Assembly (NCBI GenBank): GCA_051748045.1
Contig: JBNJGY010000001.1
Location: 126,774 to 190,773, forward strand
Length of the DNA: 64,000 nt
Direction: 5' to 3'
Source: Thermotogota bacterium
GTDB taxonomy: Bacteria > Thermotogota > Thermotogae > Petrotogales > Petrotogaceae
Below, in pieces: positions 31,019 to 39,373 of this stretch. Under the pieces are notes generated by a model, which was given only the letters and a program-made list of their open reading frames with translations, had not been told where the DNA came from and searched no databases. Within the stretch, counting starts at the first letter, position 1; every line of letters begins with the position of its first letter. The position numbers and the translations under genes are program-made.

Positions 31019-32812
31019 ATGGCTAATTATAAACAGTTTATCCTCATTTGTGGAGGTACAGGTTGTGTTTCCTCTGGTAGTGGGGATATTATAGATAAGT
31101 TTAATGAAATATTAGAAAAAAAGGATTTAAAAGATTCAGTTCAAATTGTTAGAACTGGTTGTTTTGGATTCTGTGAACAAGGTCCTATAGTTAAATTTTT
31201 ACCGGATAACACTTTTTATGTGAAAGTTACTGAGAATGACGTTGAAGAACTCATTAATGAACATGTTATAAAAGGTAGAAGAGTAACTAAATTATTATAT
31301 GAAGAACCAGAAAAAAAAGAAAGACTTGAAGAATCAACTCAAATGCCTTTTTACAAGAAACAGATAAGAATGTCATTGAGAAATGCTGGGGCTATAAATC
31401 CAGAAGACATAAAAGAATATATTGCAAACGATGGATATTTAGGTCTAGCTAAAGCCTTGAAAGAAATGACAAGAGATGAAATAATCGAAAATTTATTAGA
31501 ATCAGGTTTAAGAGGAAGAGGAGGGGGAGGATTCCCTTCAGGACTTAAATGGCAATTTGCTAAAAAAGCTAAAAGTGAAAAAAAATATATAGTTTGTAAT
31601 GCTGATGAAGGTGACCCAGGAGCTTTCATGGATAGATCTGTTCTTGAAGGAGACCCTCATAACGTGATAGAAGGAATGGCTTTAGCTGGTTATGCAGTTG
31701 GAGCTGATGAAGGGATTGTCTATATCAGAGCTGAATATCCTCTTGCTGTTCAAAGGCTAAAAAAAGCCATTAATGATGCAAAAGAATATGGTTTCTTAGG
31801 AGAAAACATATTTGATACTGGCTTTAATTTTGATATCGATGTCAGATTAGGTGCAGGAGCTTTTGTTTGTGGTGAAGAAACTGCCTTGATGCATTCTATT
31901 GAAGGATATAGAGGCGAACCAACAACAAAACCACCTTTCCCAGCTAACAGTGGATTATGGGAAAAACCTACTCTTATAAATAATGTTGAAACTTTTGCTA
32001 ATGTTCCATTAATTACTCTCAAAGGTGCAGAATGGTTTAGAAAAACTGGAACAGAAAAATCTCCAGGAACAAAAGTTTTTGCTTTAGCAGGAGCTATTAA
32101 TAACGTTGGTCTTGTAGAAGTTCCTATGGGTACTACTTTAAGAGATATAGTATTTGAAATTGGTGGAGGTATCAGAGATAATAAAGCATTTAAAGCCGTA
32201 CAAACTGGTGGCCCTTCAGGAGGATGTATTCCTGCTGATTATCTTGACACACCAATTGATTTTGATAATCTTTCTGCTTTAGGATCTATGATGGGATCTG
32301 GTGGAATGATCGTTATGGATGAAAATTCATGTATGGTAGATGTTTCTAAATTCTATCTAGAATTTACTGTTGAAGAATCATGTGGTAAATGTACTCCTTG
32401 TAGAATTGGAAATGTTAGATTACTCGAAATCCTTGAAAGAATCACAACTGGAAGAGGAACTAAAAAAGATCTTAAAGCTTTAGAAGAATTGGGTAGTGTA
32501 ATTAAAGATTCATCACTCTGTGGATTAGGTCAAACAGCACCAAATCCTATACTTTCTACTTATCATTACTTTAAAGATGAGTATGTGGCTCATGTTGAAG
32601 ACAAATCTTGTCCTGCTGGAGCATGTAAGAGTCTTGTAAAATATGTTATAGATGAAGAAAAATGTGTAGGTTGTACAGCTTGTGCAAGAGTATGTCCTGT
32701 TGAAGCGATAGAGGGAGAAATTAAAAAACCTCATGAAATAGATCAAGAAAAATGTATAAAATGTGGTGCTTGTTATCAAACTTGTAGATTTGGCGCCATA
32801 AGTAAAATATAA
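31019..32812 (+). CDS. hndC: [FeFe]-hydrogenase NAD(H)/FMN-binding subunit, NuoF-like (HndC/HydB)
   Basis: N-terminal CGGTGC/GCFGFC, GRGGGGFP, NADEGDPGAFMDR, GGPSGG, ESCGKCTPCR, and two C-terminal CxxCxxCxxxC ferredoxin motifs. Confidence 0.94.
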   Translation: MANYKQFILICGGTGCVSSGSGDIIDKFNEILEKKDLKDSVQIVRTGCFGFCEQGPIVKFLPDNTFYVKVTENDVEELINEHVIKGRRVTKLLYEEPEKKERLEESTQMPFYKKQIRMSLRNAGAINPEDIKEYIANDGYLGLAKALKEMTRDEIIENLLESGLRGRGGGGFPSGLKWQFAKKAKSEKKYIVCNADEGDPGAFMDRSVLEGDPHNVIEGMALAGYAVGADEGIVYIRAEYPLAVQRLKKAINDAKEYGFLGENIFDTGFNFDIDVRLGAGAFVCGEETALMHSIEGYRGEPTTKPPFPANSGLWEKPTLINNVETFANVPLITLKGAEWFRKTGTEKSPGTKVFALAGAINNVGLVEVPMGTTLRDIVFEIGGGIRDNKAFKAVQTGGPSGGCIPADYLDTPIDFDNLSALGSMMGSGGMIVMDENSCMVDVSKFYLEFTVEESCGKCTPCRIGNVRLLEILERITTGRGTKKDLKALEELGSVIKDSSLCGLGQTAPNPILSTYHYFKDEYVAHVEDKSCPAGACKSLVKYVIDEEKCVGCTACARVCPVEAIEGEIKKPHEIDQEKCIKCGACYQTCRFGAISKI

Positions 32813-32834
32813 TTCCGAAAGGAGGAAATATTAG

Positions 32835-34571
32835 ATGCCTAAGGTATTCGTTAATAATATAGAGATAGAAGTTCCAGATAATTCAACAGTTTTACAAGCT
32901 GTAAATAAAGCTGGAGGTTATGTTCCAACTTTGTGTTATATGAATTTAGAAGATATAGGAGTTGAAAATAAACCTGCATCATGTAGAGTATGTGTTGTTG
33001 AGGTTGAAGGTAGAAGAAATTTGGCTCCTGCTTGTGCTACTCCAGTTTTTGAAGGTATGAAAATAAACACTCATTCAAGAAGGGCTATTAACGCTAGAAG
33101 AACTGTTGTTCAACTCTTGTTATCAGATCATCCACAGGATTGTTTAAAATGTCCAAAAAATGGTGAGTGTGATTTACAAGATATCGCTGCAGAATTAAAT
33201 ATTACTCATAATCCATACATGGGAAATAAATCTATGTACGATAAAGATATTTCATCTGCTATAATAAGAGACCCAGATAAATGTATTATGTGTAGAAAAT
33301 GTGAAACAGCATGTAATGAATATCAAACTGTAGGTGTTTTATCAGCTGTAGAAAGAGGTTTTGATTCAGTTGTAAAACCAACTTTTGATTGGTCTTTAGA
33401 AGATACAAATTGTACTTTTTGTGGTCAATGTGTGGCTGTATGTCCTACTGCAGCATTGGTTGAAAATGATTATATTCAAGAAGTATGGAATGAATTAGAA
33501 GATAAAGAAAAACATGTTGTTGTTCAAACAGCTCCAGCTGTTAGAGTGGCTCTAGCTGAAGAATTTGGACACAAACCTGGAACAATTTCAACTGGGAAAC
33601 TAGTTGGAGTTCTTAAAATGATGGGTTTTGAAAAAGTTTTTGATACAAACTTTGCAGCTGACTTGACTATTATGGAAGAAGCTACTGAATTTGTTGATAG
33701 ATTACAAAATGGTGGAACAATGCCTATGTTGACTTCTTGTTGTCCAGGCTGGGTCAAATTCTTAGAACATCAGTTCCCTGAATTAATAGAAAGCCCGTCT
33801 ACAGCAAAATCACCTCAACAAATGTTTGGTTCAATCGCAAAATCTTACTATGCAGAACAAAATGATATAGATCCAAAAAATATGACTGTTGTTTCTATTA
33901 TGCCTTGTTTAGCTAAAAAATATGAAGCTGGTAGAGATGAATTAAACGCTAGCGAAGAATATAAAGATGTAGATTACGTTATCACAACAAGAGAATTAGC
34001 TAAAATGATCAAAGAAGCAGGATTTAATTTTGACTCTATACCAGAAGTTAAATATGATAACCCTCTAGGTGAATCAACAGGTGCTGCTGCAATTTTTGGT
34101 AGAACTGGTGGAGTAGCTGAAGCTGCTTTAAGAACCGCTTATGAGTGGGTTACAGGCGAAGAACTTCCAGGGATAGAATTTGAAGGACTTCATGGTTATG
34201 ACTCTATAAGAGTTGCTGATGTTGATATAAAAGGCACTCCTATAAGAGTAGGTGTAGCATTTGGTCTTGGAAGTGTAAGGAAATTGTTAGAGGATATAAG
34301 AGATGGAAAAGAAAAAGTTGATTTAATTGAAGTTATGGCATGTCCTGGTGGATGTGTTGGTGGAGGTGGACAACCTTATCACCACGGAGACTTTGAAGTT
34401 ATCAAAAAAAGAATTGAAGCATTGAATAATGTGGATAGAACTTCAACGATAAGAAAATCTCATGAAAACCCATATATCAAGAAACTCTATGATGAATTTT
34501 TAGAAAAACCAGGTTCTCATAAATCACATGAGTTATTACATACTCATTACCTACAAAGAGAATGGTTATAA
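32835..34571 (+). CDS. hndD: [FeFe]-hydrogenase catalytic subunit, group A (HndD/HydA)
   Basis: H-cluster motifs TSCCPGW, MPCLAKKYE and EVMACPGGCVGGGGQP; N-terminal [2Fe-2S], His-ligated and 2x[4Fe-4S] clusters. Confidence 0.96.
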   Translation: MPKVFVNNIEIEVPDNSTVLQAVNKAGGYVPTLCYMNLEDIGVENKPASCRVCVVEVEGRRNLAPACATPVFEGMKINTHSRRAINARRTVVQLLLSDHPQDCLKCPKNGECDLQDIAAELNITHNPYMGNKSMYDKDISSAIIRDPDKCIMCRKCETACNEYQTVGVLSAVERGFDSVVKPTFDWSLEDTNCTFCGQCVAVCPTAALVENDYIQEVWNELEDKEKHVVVQTAPAVRVALAEEFGHKPGTISTGKLVGVLKMMGFEKVFDTNFAADLTIMEEATEFVDRLQNGGTMPMLTSCCPGWVKFLEHQFPELIESPSTAKSPQQMFGSIAKSYYAEQNDIDPKNMTVVSIMPCLAKKYEAGRDELNASEEYKDVDYVITTRELAKMIKEAGFNFDSIPEVKYDNPLGESTGAAAIFGRTGGVAEAALRTAYEWVTGEELPGIEFEGLHGYDSIRVADVDIKGTPIRVGVAFGLGSVRKLLEDIRDGKEKVDLIEVMACPGGCVGGGGQPYHHGDFEVIKKRIEALNNVDRTSTIRKSHENPYIKKLYDEFLEKPGSHKSHELLHTHYLQREWL

Positions 34572-34576
34572 TATTT

Positions 34577-34605
34577 TAAAAGGAGCCTAACGGCTCCTTT
34601 TATTT
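34577..34605 (+). terminator. Terminator of the hydrogenase operon
   Basis: TAAAAGGAGCC-taac-GGCTCCTTTTA. Confidence 0.85.
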
Positions 34606-34678
34606 AAATTAAATGAAAACTTTTTAAGATATAATAATTGATGTAAATAATAATTTATATTATAAGAGGTGAAACAAG

Positions 34679-35104
34679 ATGAATTCATACGCTATGATTC
34701 TCACAGCTAAAAATGAATCAGAAGCATTCAAAAAAGCCAGTAAAGGTGCAGAAAGGTACGGAGATTACAATGTTTCTTCTTGCCTCAATTACACAGCAGA
34801 AGAACAGTTATTCGATAAAACTGCCCAAAGAATGATTGATATGTATAAAGGTTTGATTAAAGCTAATAAAGAACTTATAGATAAGTTTGAAGATAAAGTT
34901 CCTGAAGACGATTTCATTTTGAACCAGATGAAAGAAAACTTAATAAGATTTGATAAAGGGTTATATAAATATCCTGATGAATGGAGAATAGTATTTTTTG
35001 ATGGAACCGATTTTGAACATATAGATTCTATAGAAATTTATGAAAATATATTCAAGTCTTATAATAATAAAGACTTATACATGGCTTTAATAGATACACC
35101 ATAA
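34679..35104 (+). CDS. Hypothetical protein
   Basis: 141-aa ORF with SD GAGGTG and a downstream terminator; no family recognised. Confidence 0.7.
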   Translation: MNSYAMILTAKNESEAFKKASKGAERYGDYNVSSCLNYTAEEQLFDKTAQRMIDMYKGLIKANKELIDKFEDKVPEDDFILNQMKENLIRFDKGLYKYPDEWRIVFFDGTDFEHIDSIEIYENIFKSYNNKDLYMALIDTP

Positions 35105-35135
35105 AAAAAGAAGAGCTTAAGCTCTTCTTTTTTTA
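35102..35135. terminator. Bidirectional terminator (perfect 34-bp palindrome)
   Basis: TAAAAAAAGAAGAGCTT|AAGCTCTTCTTTTTTTA, spanning both convergent stop codons. Confidence 0.85.
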
Positions 35136-35336
35136 CATGTAAATTCTTGAGGGGTACCCTGCATCATCTAATAATTTTTGAACTAAATCAGATGGTTTTT
35201 CTGTTTCAACATGTACTTTTTTATTGTTTAAATCAACTTCAAACCCTGTTATAGATTTTTCGTCTGATAATGCTTTCTCTATAGTGGATTTACAGTGTTC
35301 ACAAGACATGTCAGGAACATCAAATGTATATTTCAC
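35133..35336 (-). CDS. copZ: Copper chaperone (HMA domain)
   Basis: VPDMSCEHC metal-binding motif and DAGY C-terminus; GTG start behind AGGAGG. Confidence 0.9.
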   Translation of the reverse strand: MKYTFDVPDMSCEHCKSTIEKALSDEKSITGFEVDLNNKKVHVETEKPSDLVQKLLDDAGYPSRIYM

Positions 35337-35349
35337 TACAATACCTCCT

Positions 35350-37521
35350 TTAAAATTCTTTTTTTATTCTATTTGAATTTACTATCACGTTTATGGAGCT
35401 AAATATCATTGCTATTTCCGCTATAGCGGGATGAAGCGCCCCACTCATAGCAAGAGGGATAGCAATTAAATTATAAAAAAAAGCCCAAAAAAGATTTTGT
35501 TTGATTTTTTTGAAAGTTACTTTAGAAATATTTATTGAATCGATAATTCTTTCTAGTTCACCTTTGATCGAAACAATATCAGCACTTTCTATTGCTAAAT
35601 CAGTTCCTGTACCAATAGCCACAGATAAATCTGCAGCTTTTAAAGCAGCAGCGTCATTTATTCCATCACCAACCATACAAACTTTTTTACCTTCCATCTG
35701 AAGTTTGTTAATTATATTTACTTTATCTTTAGGCTTCATTTCAGCTTCGTAGTAATCAATCCCAATTGTTTCTGCAACTTTTTTCGCAGTGATGTTATTA
35801 TCGCCAGTTAAAATATATGTTTTTAATCCCATTTTTTTTAATTTTTGAATTGTATTTTTTGCACTTGGTTTTATTGGATCTTCTAATGATATATATCCAA
35901 GTTTGTACCCATTTTTTCTAATTTCAACAATTGTATTTTTCCCATTTAATAATTTTATATAATCATTAGGATTTTCTGGTTTGCCTATAAAATATTTATT
36001 TTTTTTGAATTCTCCATAAATGCCTTTTGATGTAACCTCTTCAACATTAATAAAATCTATTTTTTTATTATTATTACTATTTTTCGTATAATCTATGATT
36101 GCATTGGCTAGAGGATGATTAGAATACTCTTCTAATGCAGATATAATTTGAATTTCTCTTTCTGAAAGACTATGTTCTGCTATTACAGGATTTCCTTCTG
36201 TTATAGTTCCTGTTTTATCAAATACAATAGTATCTATATCTTTTGATATTTGAATAGCAGATCCATTTCTTATAATTAGACCTTTTTTAGCTGCAACGCC
36301 ACTTCCAGACACCAATGCCATCGGAATAGCTAAACCTAAAGCGCATGGACAAGCTATAACTAGAGTCGCTACAAATACAAAAATAGATTGAGATATTATG
36401 TTAATATCTTCTTTAATCCAAAATAGATTATTCGACAAAAATTCATAATAACCTGATAAATTGTTAAAATTAAAATACCAGAATAGAGCACTAAATATTG
36501 CTAATCCAAATACTATAGGAATAAAATAGTTTGTTATTTTATCAGCAAATGATTGAATAGGTATTTTAGCAGATTGTGATTCTTCAATTAATTTTATCAT
36601 TTGATTTAGAAAAGTCTCTTCTCCTACATTTTGAACTTCTACTTTAATCATACCATTTTCATTTACAGTTCCACCAATTACTTCATCTTCTTTTTCCTTG
36701 TAAACAGGAATTGGTTCACCAGTTATCATAGATTCATTAATACTGGCATTACCATATATTATTTCTCCATCTAATGGTATTTTTGAACCTTTTTTAACTA
36801 CTATAATATCTCCCTTTTTAACGCTTTCAATTGGAACTTCAATAATCTCTTCTTCTTCAGTTTCTACATAAGCTATATAAGACTTAAGTTCCAATAAATT
36901 TTTTATTTCTTTTGAGGCATTTCTTTTTAGCTTGGATTCTATAAACCTTCCTAAAATATGTAGATTTATAAGCATAGCTGCCAATGTTCCAAATGAAAAA
37001 ATATTTAACCCCACTACCGATAATAAATTAGTTAACCAAGCAGATATCCCACCAAGGCTAACTAATGTATCCATATTTGTATGACCATGGGTAATCGCAA
37101 TAAACGCACCTTTGAATGTTTTTCTTCCAGAATAAAATAAAACAAATCCAGAAGATAATAATTCTATAAAATGAAATAAAGGTGTTTTTACACCAAACAT
37201 ATTTAAGACCATAAGAATCATCAAAGGAATAGTAATAGAAGAAGCTATTATGAGATTTTTTTTTGATTTTTTATATTTTTCTTCTAAAACATCTTTAGAT
37301 ATTCTTTTTTTTATAGCTTTGTATCCTGCATTCTTTATTGCTTGTTGAATTTTATCAAAGGATATCTCATATTCTGATATTAAAAAAACTCTTTCTGTTG
37401 CTAAATTGACAGAAACATACTTTACAAAATCCATTTTTTTCAATGTTTTTTCTACATTTCTAACACACCCAGCACAAGTCATCCCTTCTACAGAAAAATT
37501 TATCTTATATTCATTATCCAT
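35350..37521 (-). CDS. copA: Cu(I)-translocating P1B-type ATPase
   Basis: GMTCAGC, ITGEP, IACPCALGLA, DKTGT, HPLA, GDGINDA, YN and MIFSS motifs. Confidence 0.94.
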   Translation of the reverse strand: MDNEYKINFSVEGMTCAGCVRNVEKTLKKMDFVKYVSVNLATERVFLISEYEISFDKIQQAIKNAGYKAIKKRISKDVLEEKYKKSKKNLIIASSITIPLMILMVLNMFGVKTPLFHFIELLSSGFVLFYSGRKTFKGAFIAITHGHTNMDTLVSLGGISAWLTNLLSVVGLNIFSFGTLAAMLINLHILGRFIESKLKRNASKEIKNLLELKSYIAYVETEEEEIIEVPIESVKKGDIIVVKKGSKIPLDGEIIYGNASINESMITGEPIPVYKEKEDEVIGGTVNENGMIKVEVQNVGEETFLNQMIKLIEESQSAKIPIQSFADKITNYFIPIVFGLAIFSALFWYFNFNNLSGYYEFLSNNLFWIKEDINIISQSIFVFVATLVIACPCALGLAIPMALVSGSGVAAKKGLIIRNGSAIQISKDIDTIVFDKTGTITEGNPVIAEHSLSEREIQIISALEEYSNHPLANAIIDYTKNSNNNKKIDFINVEEVTSKGIYGEFKKNKYFIGKPENPNDYIKLLNGKNTIVEIRKNGYKLGYISLEDPIKPSAKNTIQKLKKMGLKTYILTGDNNITAKKVAETIGIDYYEAEMKPKDKVNIINKLQMEGKKVCMVGDGINDAAALKAADLSVAIGTGTDLAIESADIVSIKGELERIIDSINISKVTFKKIKQNLFWAFFYNLIAIPLAMSGALHPAIAEIAMIFSSINVIVNSNRIKKEF

Positions 37522-37536
37522 AATAAAAAACCTCCT

Positions 37537-37555
37537 TACCCCCTGTAGGGGGTTA
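37537..37555. promoter_or_regulatory. Candidate CsoR-type operator of copA-copZ
   Basis: GC-tract palindrome ACCCCCT-GT-AGGGGGT between the -10 element (TATAAT, 37566-37561, minus strand) and the copA SD. Confidence 0.7.
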
Positions 37556-37590
37556 TTTTTATTATATCTAATGATTGTTAAATATATTTT

Positions 37591-37648
37591 AAAACAATAA
37601 TAAAAAACTCTCGCAATTAAACATACGAGAGTTTTTTATTATTGTTTT
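37591..37648 (-). terminator. Long hairpin/terminator with 23-bp perfect arms
   Basis: AAAACAATAATAAAAAACTCTCG-12 nt-CGAGAGTTTTTTATTATTGTTTT directly after the stop of the upstream gene. Confidence 0.7.
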
Positions 37649-39300
37649 TATTGAACTTTTAAAATAACTTGTTTTATCTCAGAATCATCTTGTTTATTAT
37701 ACATTTCTATTATAGCAGTTTTTAATTGAGACTTAATTTTTTCCATACCTTTAACTGATTGAAACTCATCATAATTGTTCATTGAGAAAACTAATCTTAG
37801 ATTATCAAATACTTTTAAATAGTTATTTTCTATAAATTGTTTTAATGATTCTGTATTTACAACCAAAGAATATTCTTCTACAGTAACTCTTTGATCTCTA
37901 GCTGATATTTGATAACTATTTTCAATAATTGTTGATTTATATTCTTCATTTGTATTAATGTATCTTATATCAGGATTTTCAGAGCCATAGTATTTTATTT
38001 CAGTAAAACCTAAAAATTCAGGATTTTCTAAACTTTCAATTGAATATACTCCAACTCTATCATCATTGAACCTTACATATAAATAATTATTAGCAATAGT
38101 TATTTTATCAATATCATCTAATTCTATAGATTTAATCATTTTTGGATTTGATGGATTTGAAACATTAGCAATATTTATCCCTTCGGAATCTCTTAGAATA
38201 TAAATATAATTTCTATCTTTAACAACATCTTTTACTGTTCCGCCTACATCAATTGTATTAATTTCCTCTGGGTTTCTTGGATCAATTACTTCATAAATTG
38301 TAACCCCTTCTCTTCCTGAAGGAGAGTATAGATATGTTTTTTCAGGTAAATTCCTAGTTGTAAAATCTATTGTATTTTTGGTTTCTGAATTTCCATCAGA
38401 AGCTTTTACTTCAAGAGTATAATTAGTTTCATATTCTAAATCTTCAAGTCTTATTTTTTTATTTCTTGATCTTGTTTGAATATTTTTTGTGTTTTTGCTT
38501 GATTTTAGTGTAACAGTATATAATATTTCATCATTTTCTTTATCACTTGAATTAAAAGTTATATTTATAGAATTCAAAGGATCAACCGTTTCTCCATTTG
38601 AGATCCCTTTAATTTCTGGTGTCTCGGGTGGTGTATTACTTGATATTTCATATGATTTTGAATATTCATAAATTTGTTCATTTTTTACTACGGAAAATCT
38701 AAAATCATTGTAATTTTCAAGATTATTAATCGAAAATGAATTTTTATCAAAAGAATTAAATAAAAAATATTGGTTTCCATCTTTTTTATAGACCAAGTAT
38801 TCATCATACCCTTCTGGTAAATCTACATTTAAAGTATCCCCAACCCAGGTGTGATCTATAGAGTATTTTATAGATGGTTTTGATAATTCAATATTTATTG
38901 TTTTATTATCATCTAGAAAAACTTCTTTTTCCCCTTGATAAGATTTTAATGATTCTTGATTAAGAACTGAAAGAACGACATTATAATTCCCACTTTTAAT
39001 GTTTTCTAACACTATACTTTCATCTAAATTAAAATCTAATGAGTATTCTTTATTTCCAGTGAGCTTTACATTTATTTTTTCTATATTTTCTCTAACTATA
39101 GAATTTGGGATTTCATAATTAATTGTAAGATCATAATTTTTATTAAAAATGGTAAAAATGACTATAAGTACAAGTGTAAAAACTAATATAATTCCTATAG
39201 CGGAAAAAAGTATTATTTTCTCTTTTTTATTATTTTTTGTATAATTTTCTTCATTAACTAATTCTTCAAATTCATGATTTTCATTTTTATTTTCATCCAT
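37648..39300 (-). CDS. Membrane-anchored protein: Ig/FN3-like domains, LVIVD repeats and a C-terminal FliL-like domain
   Basis: Single N-terminal TM segment; LEYETNYTLEVKASDG (FN3-like); GVTIYEVIDPRNP, GINIANVSNPSNP and VGVYSIESLENP (LVIVD-like); C-terminal helical/strand pattern like FliL. Confidence 0.6.
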   Translation of the reverse strand: MDENKNENHEFEELVNEENYTKNNKKEKIILFSAIGIILVFTLVLIVIFTIFNKNYDLTINYEIPNSIVRENIEKINVKLTGNKEYSLDFNLDESIVLENIKSGNYNVVLSVLNQESLKSYQGEKEVFLDDNKTINIELSKPSIKYSIDHTWVGDTLNVDLPEGYDEYLVYKKDGNQYFLFNSFDKNSFSINNLENYNDFRFSVVKNEQIYEYSKSYEISSNTPPETPEIKGISNGETVDPLNSINITFNSSDKENDEILYTVTLKSSKNTKNIQTRSRNKKIRLEDLEYETNYTLEVKASDGNSETKNTIDFTTRNLPEKTYLYSPSGREGVTIYEVIDPRNPEEINTIDVGGTVKDVVKDRNYIYILRDSEGINIANVSNPSNPKMIKSIELDDIDKITIANNYLYVRFNDDRVGVYSIESLENPEFLGFTEIKYYGSENPDIRYINTNEEYKSTIIENSYQISARDQRVTVEEYSLVVNTESLKQFIENNYLKVFDNLRLVFSMNNYDEFQSVKGMEKIKSQLKTAIIEMYNKQDDSEIKQVILKVQ

Positions 39301-39334
39301 TTTTATCACCTCAAAGGAATTATATCATATTTAT

Positions 39335-39365
39335 AAAAAAAAGGCATCATGTTTCAGATGCCTTT
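39335..39365 (-). terminator. Terminator after pgk-tpi
   Basis: AAAGGCATC/GATGCCTTT stem followed by a T8 tract on the minus strand. Confidence 0.8.
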
Positions 39366-39373
39366 GATATATT

